Below are positions 38,142-48,089 of a stretch of DNA of 64,000 nt, in pieces. The notes below the pieces were generated by a model that had not been told where the DNA came from, ran no database searches, and saw only the letters and a program-made list of their open reading frames with translations. This DNA is from Candidatus Daviesbacteria bacterium (GTDB lineage Bacteria > Patescibacteriota > Microgenomatia > Daviesbacterales > UBA10151), in contig JACPKL010000005.1 in NCBI GenBank assembly GCA_016187035.1, positions 7,150-71,149 of the forward strand. Direction: 5' to 3'. The stretch's first letter is position 1. Each line of letters starts with the position of its first letter. The position numbers and the translations under genes were made by a program.

Positions 38142-39718
38142 TCGAATTTTAAGAATTTATATATTGTAAAATTATCTAAGTCTTTGATTGTATCTACAAC
38201 TTTATAGTTTAAATTATTCACATCCGGTATTTTGGAAGATGGCAAAATATATAAATCATCTAATTTGGGTTTATAATTATTCCAATCGATCTTATCGAAT
38301 ACAATTTTCCTGCTTGTTTCAATAGTTAAATTGCGACCGAATAAAAGGAAGAAAATATAAGGTCGATCAGGTCCATCAGCAATATGAATTTTCCTAAAAT
38401 TAGATGTAGTAGAGTTAATTTTGGAAATCATTTGTTTATATCCATACTGCCAAGCACCATTCTTTTTAGAAGCATGGGCAAAATACTGATCAATAAAATA
38501 CATATAACTTCCAAGATAAATAATTATAGATATTACAAAGATACAATAGATTAGTCTCGAATTTTTGTTTTTTTTGAAATATTGATAAAATTCAAATGCC
38601 CCAAGGGATTCAATTATTATTAAGGGGATAAACATTAGAAGGGAGCGAACAAAATTTACTGACTCAATTGTTAATGAAGATGGTATTGGGGATAATACTA
38701 ACCATAAAAATAAGAAGCCTCTTTGCTTGGGTAGTTTTAATCTTATTAACTTAATCAGGCCAAGTATTACAAAGATGCCATCGAATAAAATAAAAGGGCC
38801 CATATTTGGCGGTGTATGCTGTGGATTTAAATCCCCCTTAACAAATAAAGTAGAAAGAGTAAAATGTTCTGACCAGCGCCACAGTATTGACCTTAAATAC
38901 ACTAAAAATTGATTATGATACAAAATATTAATAAAATTGTGATTACTTTCCCCGCTTTGCGATAAGATTGAATTTATATATGTTTGCGGAGCTATATTAT
39001 TAATAAGACTTAATGAGTTTATTCTTGATGATTTATTATTAAAAAATGACAGAAGGACAGGGAAGGAAATTACTAAAGCGATCATTAAGCTTAATACAAT
39101 AATAGTTTTATAATAATTAAATTTACGGAATTCTTTATAGTAAATAGTAGTTAACACAATTAAAATTAATATTGTTGATACTTTAGCACCATGATAGGTG
39201 AGAAAGGTTAAGGAGAAAAAGACAGTTGAAATCAATAAGGATTTAGGTTTAGTAAATGATTTGAGAAAGAAATAGATACCAAATAAGGTAAACGTCAAAG
39301 ATGTATTTGCTTCCCATGCTCCTCTTGAAAATATAATTTGTGAAGGAGAGAATGCTGTAAAAAACGCTGCGTAAGCAGAAATAACTTTATTAGCAAATAA
39401 TTGGTTAGTTATTAAATAAACTAAAAATATGGTAAGTATCCCTGAAATTGCCGAGAATAGTCTAATTGTTGTCTCATTAATTCCTAGAATATTTATTATT
39501 GGGATAGTTAAATATATATAAAGTCCTGGTTTCCAATCTTCAAATGATTGAAAAAGTAAAGGGAAAAAGCGGCCATATTCATCTTTACCTGTGGTTAAAA
39601 TTGAATACGCATTATATCCTAATGCAGCCTCGTCATTTCTTAAATGGGGTGGCATAATTTCTAATCCCCAAAATCTTAGGATTAATATGAATATTATTAA
39701 TATTATAATTTTTTTCAC
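38138..39718 (-). CDS. GT39/PMT_2 (ArnT-like) membrane glycosyltransferase
   Basis: N-terminal loop PPHLRNDEAALGYNAYSI (DEA..GY motif). 526 aa polytopic. Confidence 0.7.
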   Translation of the reverse strand: MKKIIILIIFILILRFWGLEIMPPHLRNDEAALGYNAYSILTTGKDEYGRFFPLLFQSFEDWKPGLYIYLTIPIINILGINETTIRLFSAISGILTIFLVYLITNQLFANKVISAYAAFFTAFSPSQIIFSRGAWEANTSLTFTLFGIYFFLKSFTKPKSLLISTVFFSLTFLTYHGAKVSTILILIVLTTIYYKEFRKFNYYKTIIVLSLMIALVISFPVLLSFFNNKSSRINSLSLINNIAPQTYINSILSQSGESNHNFINILYHNQFLVYLRSILWRWSEHFTLSTLFVKGDLNPQHTPPNMGPFILFDGIFVILGLIKLIRLKLPKQRGFLFLWLVLSPIPSSLTIESVNFVRSLLMFIPLIIIESLGAFEFYQYFKKNKNSRLIYCIFVISIIIYLGSYMYFIDQYFAHASKKNGAWQYGYKQMISKINSTTSNFRKIHIADGPDRPYIFFLLFGRNLTIETSRKIVFDKIDWNNYKPKLDDLYILPSSKIPDVNNLNYKVVDTIKDLDNFTIYKFLKFE

Positions 39719-39757
39719 CTGTTCTATTTTATTTTATATTGTTTTATATTAAAACTA

Positions 39758-41227
39758 ATGAATTTCTTAACTAAAAATTATGATAAGCTAATTTTAGTAT
39801 TACTACTGTTGATATATTTAAAACTAAATATAAACCTGCTTTTAGTTGAACCACCAATCTGGCCGGATGAAGCATATATTGCAGATGTTGCAAATAATAT
39901 TTCTTATGAAGGAAGAGCTGGTACGGATTTATGGGGAGATACCGTAATAAATATAAAAAAGTCGTTATATTGGTACCCTCCTATTTTTGTGAATTTATTA
40001 GCTATTTGGTTTAAAGTTTTCGGATTATCTATTATTAATCAACGGTTTTTATCTGTAATGATCGGGATGTTATTTTTAGTAATTCTTTATCTACTGGGCC
40101 AAAAGATTTTTTCTGAAGATTCTTGTAAACATAAGCTTCTGAGTTTGGGATTAATTTTGCCAATAATCTTCGATAACAGTTTTCTAAAAGCATCGAAAAT
40201 GGGCAGACCCGAAATGATGGTTGTATTATTAGTTTTTATAGCTATATATATCTATCAACATTTAAGAGAATCCAAAGACAAAGAAATTCTTTATGTAGCT
40301 ATAGGTATTATTTTAGGATTTGCTACATTAACTCATCTTGTCGCCAGTCTTTTCTTTCTAATATTTTTAGGTGATTTTTTTATTTTTAAAAAAGAAGCCT
40401 TAAGAAATAGAGGATTTTATTTATTAATAATAAGCTATATTTTCTCGTTACTTCCTTGGTTAATCAGTATACTTCCAAATTATGGTATATTTTTGCAACA
40501 AATCAGTTTACAAAGTTCATTCAGGAATTTAGTGCCTTCCCATATTGAATCTATCTTTCGTTATTATCCTATTGAACAAAAAATAATTTATACGCTTTAC
40601 TTATTTCTATCTGGTACCTGTTTTTTGTTACTTCTGAGGAAAAAAACACTAAAATATTTTTTTCTAAATTTAGGACTTTTAGCTGGTTGGTTTATTTGCT
40701 TGGAAGGTAAATTAGAATGGTATTCGGTTTACATTGTAAGTTTTTTGTATACTCTGGTTTTAGTTATTGTTAAAAGTTCTTTTAAAGTATTTTCAATCTT
40801 AACATTTGTTTTGTTATTAACTCTTTTTTTTGTTAACATAAAAATTTATTCCGATTCACTAAAGTTTTATAAAGACAAAAGGGATGTATATTTTACATTT
40901 GGTCAAGAAATTAAAGATAAAATCGTTCAAGGAAAAACAGTTTATCTTTCTACCACTCCTGATTTATATTTTGTTCTAAAAGATAGAAACCCATTATATG
41001 AATTTCCATCAGTCCAACCAATCCGAGATAAATTTATTAGTTTACTCAATGATAGTGATTACTTAGTAATAAACTTCCATTTAGAACGCCTTTTTGTAGG
41101 TAATCTACTGGATAAATATATAGAGCTTAATAAATCGAGAGAATATCAGATAGCTACTGATAATTTATACCAAGCACAAATTATAGAATTAGTTCCAAGA
41201 AATATTAGGAAATTACCTAAATTATGA
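39758..41227 (+). CDS. GT-C-type (ArnT-like) membrane glycosyltransferase
   Basis: PPIWPDEAYIADVANN first-loop motif. 489 aa polytopic. Confidence 0.65.
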   Translation: MNFLTKNYDKLILVLLLLIYLKLNINLLLVEPPIWPDEAYIADVANNISYEGRAGTDLWGDTVINIKKSLYWYPPIFVNLLAIWFKVFGLSIINQRFLSVMIGMLFLVILYLLGQKIFSEDSCKHKLLSLGLILPIIFDNSFLKASKMGRPEMMVVLLVFIAIYIYQHLRESKDKEILYVAIGIILGFATLTHLVASLFFLIFLGDFFIFKKEALRNRGFYLLIISYIFSLLPWLISILPNYGIFLQQISLQSSFRNLVPSHIESIFRYYPIEQKIIYTLYLFLSGTCFLLLLRKKTLKYFFLNLGLLAGWFICLEGKLEWYSVYIVSFLYTLVLVIVKSSFKVFSILTFVLLLTLFFVNIKIYSDSLKFYKDKRDVYFTFGQEIKDKIVQGKTVYLSTTPDLYFVLKDRNPLYEFPSVQPIRDKFISLLNDSDYLVINFHLERLFVGNLLDKYIELNKSREYQIATDNLYQAQIIELVPRNIRKLPKL

Positions 41228-42759
41228 TTAAGGATAAGGTCTTTTATATATTATTGTTTATTTTCTTATTTGCGATAATTTTACGTTTTCTTTATTTTCC
41301 TAAGGATATTTATTTTGGAATAGACCAAGCTCTTGGCTCTTTCGCGGTTAAAGAAATATTAGAAGGACACCCTAAGATAGTTGGACCTCCAACAACATTT
41401 CCAGGATTACGACACGGTGTTTTGTACTACTATTTATATACTCCTTTCTATTGGTTAGGCGGAGGGGATCCCAGTTTAGCTGCAGCTTTTTTGAGGGTAG
41501 CGAACGCACTTGGAGTTTTTTTAATATTTATAGTTGGAGCAATTTTATTTAATAAGTATGTAGGAATTATTGCTAGTTTATTGTTTGCTATTTCTTTTGA
41601 ACAAACTCAGTTTGCTCTATATTTTAATCATCCATCGTTAGCAGTTATAAGTGTTTTAATAATGTTCTTGGGATTAAGTATTTTAATCTTTAAGAAGAGT
41701 AAAATCGGTTTCATTATTGCTTTGTTAGGTTTAGGGTTATCGATTCAATTAGAGTTTATTCTAACTTATTTAATTGTTCCTTTCTTAATAACTTTAATTT
41801 GTTTTAGAAAATCATTTCCAAATATAAATCTTAAAATTTTTGTTTCAGGATTGTTTATTTTCCTTCTAACTATATCCTCATTTATTGCAGCAGAATTAAA
41901 ATTTAACTTCAGATCAGTTCATCTATTGCCAAAGCTTTTGTTTAGCGGTGAGCCAAAATCTTTAGTAAAAATAATTTCAACTTACGTCTTCGAAATAGGA
42001 CAAATAATTAAATTCAATTTGACTGGTTCATCTGAATTTGCTCCATTTGCGGGGATAATACTTCTTGTATTGCTTATCTTATTAAGTATTTCTAAGATAA
42101 AGAGGCAAGCTTTTTTCTTACAGATTTGGTTTTTCTCATTGTTAATAATTTATATAGTTGGGGGAGGAGAAAGTTTAAATGTAGACGTTTTACAATATCA
42201 TGGAAATGCAGGAGTTTCATCAAGTCTGATTATTTTTGTTTCCTATCTTCTTTGGCGTTTAGGTAAAAAAATAAAATTTCTAGCTTTTTTAGTGGTTATA
42301 TTAATAATAATTGCAAACTTCCGTCTGATAGAGAAAATTAATCCTTATGGAACTATGCCACAACTTAATGCTCAGTCATTTATGTTGTTATCGGATGAGA
42401 TAAAAGTATTAGATTATATTTATCAAGACGCAAATAATAAATCATTTGCTGTAAAAGCAATTTCTTTACCTTTTTATATTAATTCTACCTGGAGTTATCT
42501 TTTTGAATGGTATGGTAATAAAAAATATGGATACTTGCCAATTTGGGGTGGTAAAAATGCATCAGGGTATCCAGGAAATCTGTTAGTAGAAGATGCACAA
42601 GATAAATTACCTGACAAAAGATATTTAATTATAGAACCTACACGAGGTATTCCTGAACACCTAATTAATGATTATTTAAGAGAAGAAAATTATTTCTCTG
42701 ATAGTATTCAAGAGAAAGAGATAGGTCGTTTTAAAGTTCAAGTTAGGTTTAGAAAATAA
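41224..42759 (+). CDS. GT-C-type membrane glycosyltransferase-like protein (paralogue A)
   Basis: ILRFLYFPKDIYFGIDQALGSFAVKEIL. C-terminal domain with WSYLFEWYGNKKYGYLP. 511 aa. Confidence 0.6.
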   Translation: MIKDKVFYILLFIFLFAIILRFLYFPKDIYFGIDQALGSFAVKEILEGHPKIVGPPTTFPGLRHGVLYYYLYTPFYWLGGGDPSLAAAFLRVANALGVFLIFIVGAILFNKYVGIIASLLFAISFEQTQFALYFNHPSLAVISVLIMFLGLSILIFKKSKIGFIIALLGLGLSIQLEFILTYLIVPFLITLICFRKSFPNINLKIFVSGLFIFLLTISSFIAAELKFNFRSVHLLPKLLFSGEPKSLVKIISTYVFEIGQIIKFNLTGSSEFAPFAGIILLVLLILLSISKIKRQAFFLQIWFFSLLIIYIVGGGESLNVDVLQYHGNAGVSSSLIIFVSYLLWRLGKKIKFLAFLVVILIIIANFRLIEKINPYGTMPQLNAQSFMLLSDEIKVLDYIYQDANNKSFAVKAISLPFYINSTWSYLFEWYGNKKYGYLPIWGGKNASGYPGNLLVEDAQDKLPDKRYLIIEPTRGIPEHLINDYLREENYFSDSIQEKEIGRFKVQVRFRK

Positions 42760-42818
42760 TCTAAATTTTTTCTCGAATTTGGACAATAAAGGTACCGAAC
42801 TTTTTTTCATCCATTACT

Positions 42819-43113
42819 TTAGTAAAATATCCTTCCATAAGGATTAATAGTGAGAATAGAAAGCAGATTATTTAAAATAACAGCCAAAATAATTAGGGAA
42901 CCTAAAAAGATTTTACCTAAAGAGAGCAGTTTATCTATAGAATAAGCGCTAATAAGCAGTAAACAATATCCCCCATGGTTTATTTGCAAAAAGATAAAGA
43001 GCAAGTCCGAGATAAAATAATAAAACATCAGGGAAATAAAGGAAACGGATGATAATAGCTACAAGAAAGGTAAAAAGTAAACAAAATGAATTATGATGAA
43101 AAAATTTACCCAT
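42819..43113 (-). pseudogene. Fragment of a further GT-C paralogue (frameshifted)
   Basis: Manual translation from ATG 43113 gives MGKFFHHNSFCLLFTFLVAIIIRFLYFPDV..., like the N-termini of neighbouring GT-C genes. It stops after 54 codons and continues in another frame as the 69-aa ORF 42819-43028. Confidence 0.45.
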
Positions 43114-43208
43114 TATAAATTCTATTAATATTATTTTACACTGTTAGGAAGACTAAATTGACTAGTCAAATAAATTATGGCAAGATTTTCTAGCTGATAA
43201 CCTTACGA

Positions 43209-44729
43209 ATGAATAGAAATACATCACTAATTATTATAGCGATTCTGCTTGTTGGCATTTTGTATCGTCTGATGCTAACAGCTAATGGTAATTTTCTATT
43301 CAATATGGATAATGCTCGGGATTTTGTAGATGTTAGAGAAATGGTGGAGTTAAAAAAGTTAAGATTAACAGGGCCTACGTCTGCTATAGACGGTTTATAT
43401 AATGGTCCGCTTTGGTACTACTTTTTGGCTATTTCCTACACCTTTGGTAAAGGTGATCCTTATGGAGCTATTATTTTTGAAATAATCCTTTGGGCTATAG
43501 GCGGATATTTTTTATTGAAGTTAGTGGGAAACTTCGGGAGATATTTAGTAATACCAATTGGTTTAATATGGGTTGCTTCAAACTACATTGTTTTGACTAA
43601 CCTTTACTCTTTTAATCCAAATCCTGTTACCTTACTGACACCGCTTTTTATTTATGGTCTCTTTAGATATTCAAAGTCATTAAAAAGTATGTGGATTATA
43701 TTAACCTGGTCTTTAGCTGGAGCATTTTTTAATTTTGAAATGAATTTCGGGATATTTACTCCTTTGATAATTATTATTTCTTTATTTTTGCTAAATAAAA
43801 ACGCTTTTAAAGATAAGTATTTTTGGATAGGAGTAATAATTTTTACATTAACACTTTTACCTCAATTATTATTTGATTTGAGACATCAATTTATTATGAG
43901 TAAAGCAATTTTTAAATTTTTGTCAAATAATCAAAATGTTAAATTTAATTTGATTTCTAGGACACAAATCATTCTGCAAAGCTTCTTCAGTGTTTTTCAG
44001 GCAACCCTTATGAATAATAGACTAATTACATGGGCAGTAATATTACTGGCAATTCCAATAGTAAAGAATTTTTTGCGAAGAGGTAAAAAAGAATCAATAT
44101 TTATAGTCTCTCTCCTTTATATAGTAATTCCTTTTTTAGGATACTTAATCATTTCAGTAACTGTTAATCCTTGGCATTTAGGAGGACCAGCTGTTGCGCT
44201 TTTAATATTAATTGCTGTCATAATTTCTCGGTTATGGCAGATTAATATTACCGGTAGATTAGTATCATTGATATTATCTTTGAGTTTATTTTATTTCTCT
44301 GTATTTAATATATTAAATTTTTTTGTTAATGATTTAGGAAAAGAAAATATGGATCCGTCACTTTATAAAAATGAAATAAAGGCTATAGATTATGTTTACC
44401 AAAAAGCAAATGGTAAAAATTTTAAAGTCTATATATATCTACCTTCGGTTTATGATTACCCTTATCAATATTTATTTTGGTGGTATGGGCAAAAAAAATA
44501 TGGGTACATTCCTAAAGAATATGTTTACTCCCCTAATAAACCACAATATATACCAAGTCAAGAAAAGTTTCAGGGAGAAAAGAGTAATTTTTCTGAATTA
44601 GTATTTTTAATTAAAGAACCAGACCGGATTAAGATGAGGCAGGCATGGGAGAATGATTATAAAGATATGGAGATGTTATCTAAAGAAATGGTGGGTCCAA
44701 TAGAGGTGGAAGTGAGAAGAGAATTATGA
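43209..44729 (+). CDS. GT-C-type membrane glycosyltransferase-like protein (paralogue B)
   Basis: NMDNARDFVDVREMV first loop. C-terminal YQYLFWWYGQKKYGYIP matches paralogue A. 506 aa. Confidence 0.6.
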   Translation: MNRNTSLIIIAILLVGILYRLMLTANGNFLFNMDNARDFVDVREMVELKKLRLTGPTSAIDGLYNGPLWYYFLAISYTFGKGDPYGAIIFEIILWAIGGYFLLKLVGNFGRYLVIPIGLIWVASNYIVLTNLYSFNPNPVTLLTPLFIYGLFRYSKSLKSMWIILTWSLAGAFFNFEMNFGIFTPLIIIISLFLLNKNAFKDKYFWIGVIIFTLTLLPQLLFDLRHQFIMSKAIFKFLSNNQNVKFNLISRTQIILQSFFSVFQATLMNNRLITWAVILLAIPIVKNFLRRGKKESIFIVSLLYIVIPFLGYLIISVTVNPWHLGGPAVALLILIAVIISRLWQINITGRLVSLILSLSLFYFSVFNILNFFVNDLGKENMDPSLYKNEIKAIDYVYQKANGKNFKVYIYLPSVYDYPYQYLFWWYGQKKYGYIPKEYVYSPNKPQYIPSQEKFQGEKSNFSELVFLIKEPDRIKMRQAWENDYKDMEMLSKEMVGPIEVEVRREL

Positions 44730-45139
44730 ATTATGAAACTTCTTTTATGAGAGTTTATTTTCTGAATAGAAATTTTCATTGTTCCTTTTGGTAAGTCGGT
44801 TAACTTTTCTGCCCATTCAATCAGGATTAAGTTGCTTGGATTATTAATGATTTCTTGTAAACCTAACTCTGATAAATTTTGATTTTCCTCTAAACGGTAT
44901 AGATCAACATGAAAAAGGATATTATTAGTTTTAGGGATTTGGTGTTGTCTGATTAAAACAAAAGTAGGAGAGATAATTTTTTCTGCAATTCCCAGACCTT
45001 GAGCAAAACCCTGGACAAAAGTAGTTTTGCCTGCTCCTAATTCACCAGTTAAGGCAATTACACCACAAGGAAATTGCCTAGCTATTTTAGCAGCTATCTG
45101 TTTGGTTTCATCTTCTGAATTTGATATGCAAGTTGGCAT
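44657..45139 (-). CDS. tsaE: tRNA t6A biosynthesis ATPase TsaE
   Basis: GELGAGKTTFVQG P-loop, SPTF, HVDLYRL. Its 3' tail overlaps the convergent GT-C gene by 73 nt. Confidence 0.85.
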   Translation of the reverse strand: MPTCISNSEDETKQIAAKIARQFPCGVIALTGELGAGKTTFVQGFAQGLGIAEKIISPTFVLIRQHQIPKTNNILFHVDLYRLEENQNLSELGLQEIINNPSNLILIEWAEKLTDLPKGTMKISIQKINSHKRSFIIHNSLLTSTSIGPTISLDNISISL

Positions 45140-45857
45140 TTTTCCTTAAGTAAATATACCCTAATGAGGAAATTCCGGCAAATATAAATATTATTCCTAT
45201 CCAAACAAAATAATTAATTTGCTTTTGATTTTTTACTGCTACTTTGGCAGAAGGAGTGGCAGATGCCGTGGCAGCAGCTACAGAGGCAATACGATAGTTC
45301 GGCTTTGGAGTAATGATTGATTTAGAAAGAGATGCTTTTGGAGTAGAAGTGACTGGTGGAGAAGGAGAAGCGGTTGGCCCCGATTGAATCGGGGTTGGGG
45401 CAGGAGTTTTAGGAGTTGGGGTGGGTTTAGGTTTTGGGGTAGGAGTAGGTGTAGGAGTAGAAGAGGGAGTTGGTGTTTGGGTTGGTGATGGTTCAGGGGA
45501 TGGAGTGGCGCTTGCAAAAATAAATGACCAGCTATTGCTCCAGTCACTCCAAGTACCACTACTATCTTTAGCTTTGATTCTCCAATACCATGTGCCTTCG
45601 GTTAACACCGGCTTGTAATAATTTCTTTCAGTTTTGTAGTCTCTATAAACACTTGAAAAGTCAGAATTATCATCAACCTGTATTCTATAGGGATCATTTG
45701 AATACAGCGGATATGCGGGAGTTTCCCAAGTTAGTTTAGAGGAAGATACTTGTGAATTATCAACAGGACTGATTTGTACTGGAGGGCTTATTGCGGAAAC
45801 GGATTTAACCCCAAGAAAGAGGAATAAGACAGCAAGAAATAATAAGTTTACTCTCAC
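45108..45857 (-). CDS. Secreted FN3-like domain protein with Pro/Thr-rich linker and C-terminal TM anchor
   Basis: Signal peptide, W-rich beta domain (TWYWRIKAKDSSGTWSDWS), TPSPEPSPTQTPTPSSTPTPTPTPKPKPTPTPKTP linker, C-terminal helix. Confidence 0.65.
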   Translation of the reverse strand: MRVNLLFLAVLFLFLGVKSVSAISPPVQISPVDNSQVSSSKLTWETPAYPLYSNDPYRIQVDDNSDFSSVYRDYKTERNYYKPVLTEGTWYWRIKAKDSSGTWSDWSNSWSFIFASATPSPEPSPTQTPTPSSTPTPTPTPKPKPTPTPKTPAPTPIQSGPTASPSPPVTSTPKASLSKSIITPKPNYRIASVAAATASATPSAKVAVKNQKQINYFVWIGIIFIFAGISSLGYIYLRKNANLHIKFRR

Positions 45858-45883
45858 TAGCTCAATAGTAACACTATACTGAT

Positions 45884-47128
45884 TTAATAATAAACATGCA
45901 GATATAATGTTTCAAGACTGTCCTCATTATGCTTTACCCGTACATAAGGCAGAGCGCATCCTGCCACTCCTGAATAACTGCCTCTGAAAAGGGTGCCTGA
46001 CTTTACTGCTTTCACTTCCATTGATGAGCCTTCTATATCCAGCCCATTATGAAAATTATAAATCCTGCCCACATAAGTATGTTGTACTGCCCAGGTGCTG
46101 CCGTATCCCTGATTCATTTTAATAGGGCTGTTTAACGGCCAGTCCCAGCTTCCTGCAGGGTTAAATGGATCAGCATCATTGGTCCCGCAAGATGCATTTG
46201 ATGGTCCACCTGAACAATTTTGATTATCAATTGATTTTAAATAGTTAAATGGATTTAAAGCTGATCCGTCTTTAACAACCGTAAAATGCAGGTGTGCACC
46301 TCCTGAATTGCAAGATGGCCCGTTAATCAGTGTAGCAATTTTTTGTCCCTGGCTAACAGATCCAACTTCAGTTTCTTTTCCTTGTCCGGCAACTATTCCC
46401 TGGATAGCTAAATATTCAGCTCTTACCTGGGCAAGTAATGACTGATAACGTGCTTCATCGTTTTTTGTAACACGAAGCAGCTCATCTTTATCTTTTTTTT
46501 GCTGGGCAAGTTGGGATTTATATGTTTCCAGTTCTTTATTTAATTTTTCAGCTTCTTCTTGTCTGGTTTGTTTATCTTGTTTTTGTTCATGGTAAGCCAG
46601 TTTAGTTGCTTGCAGGTCATAAAGTTTTTTCTTATCATAAGCTTGAGCTACTTGGATATATTTTAATCTTTCCAAAAGGTCTGCAAAACCATGAGAGGAA
46701 AGAAGCAGATCAAGTTCAGAAATAGCATTATTGTATTTGTAGGTTTGAATGATCCTTTTAAGAAGGATTTCTGAAAGTGTATCTAAGTTTTTGGAAATTC
46801 TAGTTATCCTTGATGATAAATCTGTAATTTCCCGTTTCAATTTTTCAATCTTAAGATTGGTTTCTTCAATTTTCAAACTTGTTACTTTAGTCTGGCCGTC
46901 TATAAGGCTCAGTTGAGATTTGAGGGTTTTTTCTTGACTGCGGGCATTTTGAAGCTGTTCCTCACATTTTTCCGTAACTTTATTCAAACAGTTTATACGC
47001 TCAATTGGATCCTGGGGACAAGAAGAAGGATCGCATGTTTCGTCTGCCAACGCAACCTGTGTATAGACACTAATTATAATAATAAGTGTAAGAAAAAGAA
47101 TTGATGCAAAGATAAAAAATCTTTTCAT
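45884..47128 (-). CDS. EnvC/PcsB-like coiled-coil M23 metallopeptidase with permuted domain order
   Basis: Signal peptide, about 200-aa coiled coil, then GGAHLHF (HxH, aa 279-281) preceding FHNGLD (HxxxD, aa 360-364) and YLHV (aa 409-412). Lies directly downstream of ftsEX. Confidence 0.75.
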   Translation of the reverse strand: MKRFFIFASILFLTLIIIISVYTQVALADETCDPSSCPQDPIERINCLNKVTEKCEEQLQNARSQEKTLKSQLSLIDGQTKVTSLKIEETNLKIEKLKREITDLSSRITRISKNLDTLSEILLKRIIQTYKYNNAISELDLLLSSHGFADLLERLKYIQVAQAYDKKKLYDLQATKLAYHEQKQDKQTRQEEAEKLNKELETYKSQLAQQKKDKDELLRVTKNDEARYQSLLAQVRAEYLAIQGIVAGQGKETEVGSVSQGQKIATLINGPSCNSGGAHLHFTVVKDGSALNPFNYLKSIDNQNCSGGPSNASCGTNDADPFNPAGSWDWPLNSPIKMNQGYGSTWAVQHTYVGRIYNFHNGLDIEGSSMEVKAVKSGTLFRGSYSGVAGCALPYVRVKHNEDSLETLYLHVYY

Positions 47129-47140
47129 ATAAACTCAAGT

Positions 47141-48013
47141 TCATATTTTCAAATATCGTCTGACAGCCCCAAATGAACCTAGAGCTCCTACAAAACAGGC
47201 TATTAACAGATTTGTCCCTAGCAGGATGAGCATAAAATATGGATTGACTGGGAGCAATCTAACTTCACCCAAATATCCTTGTAAAAACGGTGTAAAATAC
47301 CATAGTATTCCATAACTAACAACCCAAGCAAGTATTGCACCTATAAGTCCATAAAAGACTCCTTCCAATATAAAAGGATTTCTGATAAATGAGGTAGATG
47401 CTCCTAAAAGACGCATTATTTCAATCTCATTTCTGCGAATCCTTATCTTAAACCCAATTATCATTAAAATAATAAGCAGGGAAAAGATTAAGAGAAATAT
47501 CACAATAGCTGATCCAATTAAACGAACGGTTGTCGTAAAATATGTTAAATTTCTGATAACATCCTTGGGTATAAAAGTTTGTTCTATAACTGGCTCTTTA
47601 GTTAGAATTTGAGCAATAGCAGATAAGTCCTCTGGATTTTTAGTAGAAACCTCAATTGAAGGAGGCAAAATATTAGCAGTTACTAACTCCAAAAGCATAG
47701 GATCATTTTTGTTGTCTCTTTGATATTTTTTCAAAGCTTCTTCTTTTGAGACAAATTTAGTGTTAATAACCCTAGGATCTTGTTTAAGAGCATTTTCTAT
47801 AGTAGAAATATCTGAATCTGTGGTACCTTCTTTAAAAAAAGCAATCACTTGGGGTTTGCTTTCAAAGAAGCGTAATGTAGCTTGGGAGCCGGCAGCCAAT
47901 AGCAAAAAGGAGGTTAAAGCAAAGAAGGTTAAAAACATCACCATAGAAGCAGCAATAGCTTGAAAGGGGGTTCTTCTTATATTTCTCTTAGCATAAAAAG
48001 TTGTTCTACTCAT
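47141..48013 (-). CDS. ftsX: Cell-division permease FtsX
   Basis: 290 aa, 4 TM helices with a large first extracytoplasmic loop. Downstream of ftsE. Confidence 0.9.
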   Translation of the reverse strand: MSRTTFYAKRNIRRTPFQAIAASMVMFLTFFALTSFLLLAAGSQATLRFFESKPQVIAFFKEGTTDSDISTIENALKQDPRVINTKFVSKEEALKKYQRDNKNDPMLLELVTANILPPSIEVSTKNPEDLSAIAQILTKEPVIEQTFIPKDVIRNLTYFTTTVRLIGSAIVIFLLIFSLLIILMIIGFKIRIRRNEIEIMRLLGASTSFIRNPFILEGVFYGLIGAILAWVVSYGILWYFTPFLQGYLGEVRLLPVNPYFMLILLGTNLLIACFVGALGSFGAVRRYLKI

Positions 48014-48021
48014 AACGTTAG

Positions 48022-48089
48022 TTAGAAGGTCCCCTTCATAATCCTATTAGAAGGTCCCCTTCATAATCCTATTAGAAGGTTCCCTTCAT
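48022..48089. repeat. 25-bp tandem repeat (2.7 copies) in the ftsE-ftsX spacer
   Basis: TTAGAAGGTCCCCTTCATAATCCTA x2 plus TTAGAAGGTTCCCTTCAT. On the coding (minus) strand each unit reads ATGAAGGGGACCTTCTAA (MKGTF stop). Confidence 0.85.

Noticed and set aside
48022-48089. Possible CRISPR array (short direct repeats).
   Set aside because: The units are directly tandem with no spacers, there are only 2.7 copies, and no cas genes are present. Reported as a tandem repeat instead.
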